This document shows, piece by piece, positions 15,001 through 27,200 of a stretch of DNA of 64,000 bases (position 1 is its first letter; every line of letters starts with the position of its first letter). This stretch comes from Orbicella franksi (lineage: Eukaryota). The notes beneath the pieces are model-generated. The model made no database searches. It worked only from the letters and a program-made list of their open reading frames with translations, and had not been told where the DNA came from. Where the stretch lies: NCBI GenBank assembly GCA_964199315.1, contig OZ116698.1, positions 5,580,001 to 5,644,000 on the forward strand. The letters are read 5' to 3'. Made by a program: the position numbers and the translations under genes.

Positions 15001-18000
15001 CTGGAATTGAACATGGCTGATACGATAGTGATATTATGTGTGACTGTGTACTGACTTGGAGGTTGGGGTATCCTCCCCCCCCCCCCCCCCCCCAACACCC
15101 ACATGCACACTCCTTCCAAAAAGGCAACAAAAAGAAGTAAAATCTTATTATACTGTACCAGAAACATATCACCTTGAAAAGGTGATATGCTTCTGACTGT
15201 ACTTACTGTTTAAATATAAACTTAAATTAACAAGTATACCAAACTGTCTGAAAATTTTGCAGTCAGCTATGATCGCAAATGATATCATTTTCACTGTATT
15301 GTTTACAGTCCTGTTGGTGAAGAAGTCAGCCATGCCTTGTTAGAGTGCCTAATTCCCCTTGGAAATGAGCTACTGCCAGATGTTCCTGCAGAGTGGAGTA
15401 ACATTGGATCTAAGTTTGGCGACCTCTTGAATATCGCTGCAGTATTGGCTGGTGCAGGGGATGGATCAGGACATCTTACCCTTTGTACTGCTGTTATCCA
15501 GTGGCTTGAGAAATGGTAACTGTAATAGACTGGCTTTACAATGAGAGCATTTAAAACACGCATACATGTAAGTGTACACTGTGCCTATCTTTCTTTCAGT
15601 AAAACTCAACTTCTCCTGGTGGCCGAAAATGGTGAGAAAGGAAAAGAGAGTGGCATGGTTGATGCAGCAGGGCCTCTTCTTCGTTATTTAGCAGAGGTGA
15701 TGACAGCTTTAAAATACTCTTCAGATAAGGAGTGTCCTCCCTCCCCATCACTGTGCCCTGTTGATGGTGATTCAATGCTTCAAGATGTAGAATCAGATTG
15801 GATGGATGACATGGGTGGAGATGATGAGGATTCTGGTGGGGAAGAGTCTGTAAGTGAAAGGAAGTTTTGTTGTAAATATTTTTGGAGCTTAATAATCACT
15901 ATTTCCACATAATTTTATAACTAGCAGGTTCATACATGTATTGCCAAGTATCTTCCACTCTGAGATCTTCCCCTCTTGCTTTGTGAAAGTCTGCATACGA
16001 GCAGGCAGGTAAAGTCTGCATACGAGCCAGTGGCCCATCAGGGCAGAGCTTTTCCTGCTTTCCGTAGCATGAAGCGACTACGAGTATTTCTACTCTGCCC
16101 TGGATGGGATGCTAGTTGATCACAGGGTTACCCCCAGCATTGTTCACTGGTAGCCATTTATACACTTGGGTGGAGAGAGGCACTGTGAGAGTAAAGTGTC
16201 TTGCCCAAGAACACAACACATTACCCACAGCCCAGACTCGAACCCAGACTGCTTGATCCAGAGATGCGCACACTAACCCTGAGGCCACCACGCCCCCTCT
16301 GCACAGGTACGATTATGTTATTCTTGTGGTCATTTTCTCTTACAGGATGAGGATTCTCTTTGCAACAAACTGTGCACATTCACTATGACACAGAAAGAGT
16401 TCATGAACCAACACTGGTACCACTGCCACACTTGCAAGATGAATGATGGGGTAGGAGTGTGTACAGTGTGTGCAAAGGTTTGCCACAAAGACCATGACAT
16501 CTCATATGCCAAGTATGGTTCATTCTTTTGTGACTGTGGAGCTAAAGAAGATGGCAGCTGTATTGTAAGTTTATCACATTATGTAAACTTACCATTAATA
16601 GCTATTTTGAGTAAGGAAATTATTTTGTGTAGACCACATAGGTAAGGTAAAGTCTGCATGCGAGCCAAGTGGCCCATCAGGCCGGAGCTTATCCCGGTTT
16701 CTGTAGCATGAAGCGACTAGGAGTATTTCTACTCCCCCCTGGATGGGATGCTAGTCCATCGCAGGGTTACCCCCAGCATTAAGTTCGCCGGTACCCATTT
16801 ATACACCTGGGTGGAGAGAGGCACTGTGAGAGTAAAGTGTCTTGCCCAAGAACACAACACAATGTCCCCGGCCAGGGCTCGAACCCGGACCGCTCGATCC
16901 GGAGACGAGCGCACTAACCATGAGGCCACCGCACCTCCCCTAGACCACATACACAGTATAAATTATATCAGACATAGTCTCATGGTCTCTTGACAATAAC
17001 CACCTGTATGAGGCCTTCCAAAGGGTAAAAGCGACAAGCGACACAACCCCGAAACCCAGCGACATGGGAAATTTTAAGCAGCAACAAGCAAATCGAATGT
17101 GCAGTTAAAATTCGACAGCGACACAGAGAAACACTGGAAAAGAGAGCAACATTGACCTGTTTGGACTTTTTGCCTATTTCGAAATTGTATTCTTCTGCAA
17201 TGTCTGGTAAATGTCAGAAACTTGTCTGCTTTTCCACTGAATAAACTCTAAAAAAATTAACCTTGTAGCGACAATGACATATGACTTCATCCCCAAGAAA
17301 TTACTTCCGCTGGTTAGGTGGCATCGGTAAATGAAAGGATGCAACATTGGAACACGGCTACCACCCTTGGAAGGCCTCCTGTACACTAGAAAGGAACAAT
17401 GCCATCCTTAATGTACCACAGTTTTCAACTCTTGGGGTCTTAAACTAATTCTTGAAAGTGAACAAATCTATAAATACGCACGTGCACAGTTTACAGTAGC
17501 TTTTTATCCACTGATGAAGAGGCAGCAGCCTCTAAACGTATGGATGTTCACGTACTTTTCGTGCAATAATGAATATTTACTAAGTTTCTTTATCTAACAA
17601 ACTTTGCGCAACACAGCTTTCTTCTTGTTTTAAATCTATAATGTGTTGTTCCTGGACATACCCATACCTGATACCCTGTCTCTGGTTTGGACTCCCCCCC
17701 CCCCCCCCCATCCCCTTAGAAATTCTAGTTTTTAACCATACTTTCCATTAAATATTTTCGCATTTGAAACCCCCTCCTCCTTGGAATTTCCAATAACCCC
17801 CCTTAGGGTGGATATGGATATTTTCTGGAACCACCAAGTAAAACAGAACATCTTTTTGATATTTCAAAATACAGCACATTCTGCTTTATGCTTCTGTCAA
17901 TCACTGGCAAATGACATTTGTGCCAAATGGCAGCCAGCATAATTTTTTATTTTATTTCACCAAACACATCCCATATGTTTGGTGTTTGAATATTAGGCCA

Positions 18001-21000
18001 CAAATTGAAAGGTTGGGTGGAAAAAGGGTATTAGCGATTTTTGCCCAAATTGAACATTGCTAAAACAGCTCCAAATTTTGCATGTGGGTATGTTTTGGTG
18101 TGTTACTTAAGCAATGTCCTGTATTTTTTTTGGGGGGGGGGTGGATTTTGCTTTGTTTTTGAGATACAAAATACGCAAAAACATTAGTTTACTTAGCAGC
18201 ATCGAATGCAAACAGAAGAAACTATTTGTTTTGCTGAACAATGTTGGTAGTTTAAGACACAAAGTTATTTTAACTTAAAAGTTGATATGTTTTTGTATCA
18301 TTTTGTGAGATATAATGTGCAATGTTATTATTTTATGCCAGGCCTTAGTTAAGCGTACACCAAGTAGTGGGGCAGAAAGTCAAAGTGCTGTTCCACCATC
18401 ACCCTTTGCTACAGGAGAGATGGACGAAGGACAGGATGACACAGAAGGATCCTCAGCTGGTAAACTATCATCATTAGCAGGTGGAACGAGTTCTTCAGCT
18501 TCAGCAGCTGGGTTAGCAGGGTCAAGTGGCACTGGAAATGGAGGAGGATTAGAGGACACAGGAGCACTTACATCAAAGTCTGTGGAAGCCTTGGCCAAGC
18601 AACTGGAGGTAATAGGACTGCTAGTTCTTGTCAAATGAAGGTCTCCATGTAGGTATCCTGTGCTGGGTTAAAGTAACTCAGTTTTGCAGACACTGGAAGT
18701 GTCAGCTATTAAAATGCACAGCTGGGATTAACTAACCTTGACAATTTGTTTACTGAGTGAAAGTGAGCTTCTTAGCTTTGAATCTTACCTTTCTTCCAAA
18801 AACTGATCATTACACTGTATGTTAAGAGTTGATGTTGTCATGAATGTGATGTATCAGTAAACCAAGTAATAACCTGTTTAATAAAATTTGTCTTTTTACA
18901 TTCATATGTCACTATTAAATGTTTGGTACAATCCATGTTTGACAGAAACACAAGCTGCAGTTGGTGAGTCAATTGGAGAAGTCATCAGTGATAACAACAA
19001 CCCTGGATCTTCTTCAGTGGTTGATGGGGCCTGATGCTGGAGGATCCAGTAGTGTTGGCATGGGAGTATCTAAAGCTATCAAGGATGCTTTGACTGAACT
19101 ACATGTGTCGGAGAAAATTGTGGAAAACACAGATCAGCTTCTGGTAAGTTCACAACTAGTGCATGTGTCCCACTTTAAGTATTTTTAAGTATCTTTTTGT
19201 TTTTTTGTTTTTTTGTGTTTTTGTTAGAATTTATTAAATAATATTTTCACCATTACTAACAGCAGACTTCTAATAAATTGTTTATTCCATTTCAGGTTCC
19301 AACTCTAGGATCTCAAGAAGGAGCATTTGAAAATGTGCGAATGACATTCAGTGGAGAACAGGGTCAAACCATCCGGCAGTTGATTGGTGCTCATGTTCTG
19401 AGACGTGTGGCCATGTGTTGCTTGGCATCACCAAAGGGACGCAGACAACATCTTGCTGTTAGCCATGAAAAGGGCAAGGTAAATGACTGCGGCCTAACAC
19501 CCTTTGAAGCTTCAAAATATTGGGGTTTGAAATGACCAGGTCATGACATGATTGAATGACTCACGATGCTTCCCATTATTTGACATGACTTCATCATTGA
19601 AGCATTGTATTTCAGCCATCTGCAAAAGCCTTGTTTTATTAGCCTTAATACTTTGTTGTGATTTTGATAAGTTTTCATCAGTTATTTATTGATGTAAATT
19701 AGGTGTGAAAAACCCACTTGGGAGAAACTAATATCTACATGTACATGTAGTATTGCATTAAGCCTTATAGACTGTACAAGTACAGTCTTTATTTGAAGTA
19801 ATATGAGGGCAAAACATGTCTTATAGTGCACTTTTATAGTTAAGGTTACCTGTAATTTTTTATTGACCAAGGGCTGAAAGAGAACATTCAGTTAATCATA
19901 ATACAAGAATAACATGCGATGAACAGGTCAAATTGAAGTGTTTTTGCTGTGTTGTCACATTATCTACACGAACAGGCTGATTTAAGGCCAACAGAAACAG
20001 AGATCACTTAAAAAATTCATGTCTAGTAGCAGGGAGTTAAATACACTCTTGTAAATGACTGAAAAACCAATGACAAATCCAAGGGAAATAGTTTTGAAAT
20101 AACAGGAAGTTCAAAATAACCAAGTTCATATTCCATGGTCCAACTGAATAAACAATATTAACTGTTATTAACAGTACTTATTAACTTTGAATGTAATATA
20201 TACTAACATTTTTTCAATTGTCGTTTAGATTACAGTGCTCCAGCTGTCAGCACTTTTAAAGCAAGCTGACTCTAGCAAGAGAAAGCTAACCCTGACGCGC
20301 CTTGCCACGGCACAGGTACCCTTCACAGTTCTGTCTATTGCAGGAAACCCCTGTAATGAGGACTTCCTAGCAGTGTGCGGGTTGAAGGATTGTCATGTGT
20401 TGACATTCAGCAGTTCAGGGTCTGTGGTGGATCACCTTGCCCTTCATCCTCAACTGGAGACTGGTAATTTTATCATTAAGGCTGTCTGGCTTCCTGGATC
20501 ACAAACACAACTGGCTCTTGTCACTGCTGACTTTGTCAAGGTAACATTTTGGGACTAACCAAATGAAGACCAGGGTCAAGAAATATTTAAAGTCTCACTC
20601 TTGTTTGGACTAAAACTCTTGTCAACTCATGGCAACCTTTATAAACTCTTGTGTATTCTCATCCAATTATTATATGCTAGAATATTATTTATCTTAAGAG
20701 TCTTTTTTGGGCTATACTCATTTTAAGTCACAGGAAACCTAGTCTCCTATGCAGACACTCCTTCCATTCGTCATGCGAAGGAAGATTGCGTGATGAGCCC
20801 AAAGAGAGTCTGGGTAGAGGCCAATAGAGGAAACACTCATTTAGCTCTCATTCTTCAACTCTTGGAAAATAATGTGCAACTCTTGCTTTCATTTTTCCTG
20901 GGCTTTATACAAGTTGTTGCAGTTCTAGTTGGTTCTCTTTTGCATTTTCTCTGAAGAGATAATCAACATATTTCACTGTTTAATTACTAAATGTACTCTT

Positions 21001-24000
21001 TGCTGTAGATTTATGACCTGTCCCAAGATGCCTTGAGTCCTCTCTATTACTTCCTGCTTCCAAGTGGAAAGATCCGAGATGTCAGTTTCATTTTTGGCGA
21101 TGGAGATCACAGTTTGATACTAATGTCTTCAGCAGGACAGTTGTATCTTCAGCCCATGGACGTCACCAGCAGTGCAATAAATGGTCCTTTTTATTTGACA
21201 AATACATTACCCATTGAACATCCTGATCTACAAGACTCCAATGGCCAAGTAGCTGGTGGTGGAGTGTCTGTGTACTACTCACACATTTTGCAGTTGATCT
21301 TCTTCAGTTACAGTCAAGGTACTGTGATGGAAACAATAGCAGATAATAGAATTAAGGAGCAGACCCTGCAAGGGCTAGACATGTGCATGCACCTCTAACA
21401 AGTCGGTGGGATCCAACCAGCGTAATGTTCAACCACAGTCCATGGTTGCTATTAATCAGAAGGGATGCACCTTTTGTGTCCAAATGTGGTCTTGGACTTT
21501 GCCTGACCATTGGTGATTATTATGGATCAAAGGTTTTCAGTACAAATTACACATCAAGTTGATAGAAAGGGTGACTGTACAGGTTAAGTTAATTTTTAAA
21601 AGTAGATCAAGCAAAATGTAAAGTGCATTGCCACCCTTTAGCTCTTATTGGAAACCTTGCTTAATGACAAAGGTTGACTGTGTAGTTAACCGTTTTTTTT
21701 TTTCTTGTAGGTAAAACATTCGTTGCTCCATGGGGTAAAGACCAAAAGGAAATCAAGAAGATGTTTCCAGTGACCTTAAAGAGTAGCTCAGGCAGCAATA
21801 AGAACTCGCAGTCTGCTGCATTGTGTCAGTGGAGTGAGGTGCCACAGCACCCTGGTCTTGTATGTTGTCTGACACACACAGCTGGTGTTCCCGTTGTGCT
21901 GATGATCAAGCCCCATCAAATATTGGTACAACCAAAACCTTTATCTGTTTCAATTGTTTTTGTTGTTATCAAATTTACATGGCTCACATGGAGCAATATG
22001 AGTATTGAAAGGGAATGATACAGGCCAGTTATTGTTGGTTATTATTTTAGAGGTAATGAATTACTGTAGTGGTGAAATGTTCTGACTTAAGCATCGTTCT
22101 TACTGCACAGGACATCTTCGATCACAATAGGGAAACAAGCTACCACCAGTGTTGTTGTGTATTCTGAAAACTCTTTCACTTCCTGCATTAACAAGTAACA
22201 GAGAGTTTGTGGTAACTAGACTATTTTATTTGTTGTTTTAACAGATTCAAGAGATTAAAGCCACATCATCCAAAGCAAAAACCCAGGATATGGTGGCCAT
22301 CCGGCATTCTGTGAACACATCAGACCAACAACGCACTACAATGATTCTTCTTTGTGAAGATGGAAGTCTCCGTGTTTTCATGGCCAGTGCAGAACACACT
22401 GGTTACTGGATGGCTCCCGAGTTCCAACCTGTGAGGTCAGTGGCTTGCTTATACACACAAGCTTAGGCATGTGCATCTGCTATGATTTGGTTTCCATGTT
22501 TGATCAGAACTTGAATTGTTATGTTTGCTACACTAATATAGAACATAGATTTTAGGACTGCTAAGTGCTTGTCTTAAATCACAACTACCATATGTGTAAC
22601 AATTTAGAGTTTAGCGTCGTGAATCTGGGTATTAAATTAACCTAATTGACCTACGAAGTTGTATAAGCCCAGGGCTTGTAACTGGCAGTTTATGGTAATT
22701 AATTAAAATGTTGAAGTTTCCTTTCCTCCACCATCACCCGTTTCGTTAATTCAGTGATGTCACCAGACACAAGATCGACGCCTCCAACAGAGAATATCTA
22801 CTGCATTGTCCTGCCTTTTAAAGACCAGAAATCAGCGGACATAGTAAAGAAACATCTCTCGGACTTGAGTAATAAACTTGATCACAAACTACAGCCGGTG
22901 TTCAGAAGCCGTAAAATTGGCGATGATCTCAAAGTACAAGAGCCAAAACCACCTTTGATCAATCAACAGTGCGTTGTTTATAACTATATATGTGATCTGT
23001 GTGATGCAGAATACGTCGGTTACACTAGCCGTCATCTTTACAAGCGCACTGAGGAACACCGATTTACCGCCATCGGAAAACACCTTCAAAATGAACACCG
23101 AGTTGATACAGTTGGTGACCTGACTAACAACTTTAAGATCCTAAAGAAATGTCAGGGAAAGTTCGATTGCTTGATCCACGAAATGTTGTGGATTCGCAAG
23201 AAGAAACCGAGTCTTAACACACAGTCAGACTCCATTCGCGCAAAAGTATTTGTTTAGGCTTTGAACAGACACTGAACTCATTACCAGTGTTTGACACCTC
23301 ATTGGAATGAACATGAACATTGAACAGCTATCTTAATCTTAATTTATTCAATTTCGCACCTCTACCATTGGTATAAATTAGTTTACTTTTTGCACAAATA
23401 TTTTTTAACTTGAAAATGGTGCCAGGATGACACCGAAACGTCGTTGCTCAGTTTTTTCGCTAATCTTTATTGTTAACTGTATTTCCAAATTTAATCTTAT
23501 AAGAATTCCTTGTGTTTGTTGTGGCAAATGAATCCATTGAATCAGAAAAAGCTTGGGAAAGAAATTTGCTTGTTATGATATTATTATAATTATTCTAACC
23601 TAAATCATTTGTTTTCCATATACAGGCCCCTAAGTATAGTGAAGCCAGTTCGCAAGAAGAAAACCAGTAAAGCCAGAGTAAAATCGACCACTGTTAGTTT
23701 CCCAGTTGATTTCTTTGAGCACTGTCAACCACTTCTAAATGAGGTAGAGTTTGGAGGTGGAGACATTCTCCAAGTCTATAATGTGCAACAAGCAAAGCAC
23801 AGACTCATGACTGCTGGAATGTATATTGCAAGTACCAAGGTACAGTGTATGCATATATGCATGGATAGCGTATTTTGCTCATTAAGAAGAGCTGCTTTTG
23901 TTTTTTGTTTTCGTTTTTTGTAGTAACAATGATAGATTTTGGTGTTATTGTGTGATGTATTTTATTCTGTTGTTTTATGCATGAGTTCAATTGCTGATCC

Positions 24001-24222
24001 AACATACATTTTAAAGGAAAAGCCGAAGAAGGACTTTTTATTTAATTTTAGCTCTTTTTAAATGTTTTTCAGCATGTATAACTCTTTTAATTTTATTTTT
24101 AGTCTTTCATTGTAAGCTAGTTGTATTTTTTTAGCGTACATTAGCATAGAAGAGCTAACTCACTAAAATTTGCTCATAAACCATTATGTAAAATAATGTA
24201 ACTATAAAATTTAAATCTTGTT

Positions 24223-24254
<32 letters not shown>

Positions 24255-27200
24255 CAAGCTTAGCTAGTTTACAGGCATGACACTCAAACAAAGGAAACAT
24301 ATTTCAAATAAATGTAACATAGTTAGAAATTTCAACCGGCAGGAGGCAGACCAGTTGGCTAATTGTTATTAATTATTATTATTATTTGCAGCCAAATGGC
24401 TTTAATATTGAGATCACCAACACTAATCCTCGTGTTGTCATGGTTGGAGTGAGAATTCAGATCGGCTGTCAGTCTGTGGAAAAGGCCCCGTCCTTTGTGG
24501 AAATCTTTGGGAGAGTAATTCAACTGACATTGACAAGAAACAGATGGTTTGATCTTCCATTTACAAGAGAGGAGTCATTAACTGCAGACAAGAAATTCTC
24601 CTTGTTCAGTATGTGCACATCATTTGTTTTTTACCATATGCAATGCATCAAATACATTTCATAAAAAGGTAATGTTGCACAAGGAAATTTTTGTTACAGC
24701 ACAAGTTGCAAGAAAAAACTTGTCTAGTATAGCATCCCCTAAAATGAACATACCTGGCAACAAATCAGTGAGTCAGGTTCTACCTTTCACATCAATTGGA
24801 ATGACACGGCCAATTATTTTTATGCATTGCTTAGGGGTGTTTCACTTAGTCACAAGATGGCTAATAATGGGAGAATAATGCTCTAGAATTAGCCAATCAG
24901 AGTGTGCGTTATGTTGGCTACAAACACAAGCCATACATGTATAATAGATGTAATTAACAACTAGTTTAAAATTTTTGTCAGTTGGCCAGTCTTTAGACCC
25001 ATCAGGAGTGACCATGCTGGATTCAGTGAAGGTGTATACCAAGACAAAAGAGGCATTTGGTTGGCCTGATGATCCTCAGGAAGAGATACCTTCTACGCCT
25101 GGTCTGGGAACTGCAGCTGCTGTGGACACAGAGACAGAAATTGTCAATTCTGTTCCCCCACTGACAGCCGTTGATAAGTATGTCGTTACTTTTCACTTAC
25201 TGCAATACAAAAGCTATTCAATTTCATGTTTTCCTCTCAGCTATTACCAACAGCAAGTTTGTATGACAATTTAGATTTCCACTGGCTCTTTTTCTGATGT
25301 CATCTATCCCATATTACACTTAGCTCTATTCTTGTCTAACATACAGTTGTATGACTCGGTTTATTTCTAACATGTATGCTGTTATTCTGTCAATGTAAGT
25401 TTAATAAAGTACATAATTTACAAAGTATGTTTAGGAACTATTGCTAAAAGACAGAGTTTAGGGGAGATCTGAGCTCTGCTCAATTCACTTGAGTTTTTCA
25501 ATCAACCTGTGTAAACATGAAGTGTCTGTTGTCCATTATCTTTACAAAATGTAGCTTAAAAATGTAACATATAATTATTTTGTTTTCTTTGTAGACTGGT
25601 AGTCCACCTGCTGGAGGTCGTAGATGGTTGCTTTTCTACATTTGTATCTCAGGAAGAGGTCTCAAGGCAGGCTGCACTTGATGCTGCAACATCACTTATG
25701 ACCAGTGCTATGCCATCCACTGTTCAGCATCAAGCACAGGCACTGCTTGCCACACTACATCCATCCAAAATGTCCTACCACAGCCACAAGGTGATGTTTT
25801 GCAGCAATTGGCTGTGGGTGTTGCACCCACCCTGTAAGGGTGTTCTGATCCTAATTGCTATATTTGGTGAAGCTAATTAAATGAAATAAGGCCATGAATT
25901 AAAAGATCTTTGGCGCATTCTCTGACTGTAAGACTGATAGAACAGAATGGTGAAAGACAAAATGTTTCGAGAATCTTCTCTGCACCAAGGGCCACTTTAA
26001 CTGGTGTGTATTGTTTGTGTAAATGTGCCAGGCCATTCTTATAATATCTTAGACGAGTAACTTGTAAATGATTACTGATGTTTGTTTCCATTCACTCAGG
26101 ATCAGGCACAGCTTTCTCAAGTGGTAAACTTCCTTTGTAAAATTGTCGGTCCATGCCAAGAAAAGGAAGCAAAATCAGAAGAAAAAGATGCAGAGGAAGA
26201 TGAAGAGAAAGCAGCAGAGGGACAGAAGAAAGAAGAAACTGAAGAAATCTTAGTAAATGTTAGTGAACTTGATGTTGAGAGTTTTCAGCGTCTTGTGGTG
26301 AGTGCCAGATCTGTGGCCAATACAAGACCCAGTAATTTGGCAAAATATACCACCCTGCCTGGACAGCAAACAGCAGAGGGTAAGTCAGTAAATCGGCCAC
26401 TGAAATTTTTGTAAAGGATCCCGTGTGTTTTTTATTATTTTTTTTTACTCATGAACTCTGGCACCCTCAGAATTTTTGACAAAGTTATACAAGAAATGTC
26501 TTACATAATATGTAATATGCCATGTATTATATGGCATAACTGTGTTGTTGCTATACTGTAAACCGAAAGTGCATCATGAGACTAGTAATAAAGGTTTGTT
26601 GCTATTTTTTTGCCAGAGAGTGATGATACACATCATTTTGCTGTGTGCCTGATGAATGCATTTTGGAAGCTTCACAGTTGCCAGCCTGTCAACCCAGTTC
26701 TATCCCCATTGTCTTCCACTGGTGAGAGATGATTGATAAACTCAGAACACTCAAATGTAACCTTGAGGAAAACTGTTTTTATGCTCTCATTTCTTACTTC
26801 CCAAACAATAATTACATATAGTATGTTCTGGCAAATTCAAGTAAGGATAGTGATAATTGATGAATCTAAAGCAGTAAAGAGAAATAGACCTCTTTAGCTT
26901 GGGCGGTTTGTCTTCCCATTAAAGACCACATGATGATCCTCTTGAGAATTCCTGCTTTCAAATTTTTAAATAGTCGCATGTATAGGGATGAATAATTTTA
27001 AGATGGATAAAAGAAAAATTCTCTAGACAATATCATGTGGTCTACAATGGGAAAACAAACCGCCCAAGCTAAAGAGGTCTATTAGATGCTGGATATGGCA
27101 GTTTCAGGAATTGTAAGCACAGAGTACCGTTCGACCATTTTGGACAATTGCAAACACCGTTACTCTCAATGCCTGGGCAAAATAGTTGTTTCTGCCACAA

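Noticed and set aside
16729-16993. ORFs on both strands ([14 protein letters not shown]..., [12 protein letters not shown]...)
   Set aside because: They are open frames of the non-coding SINE.
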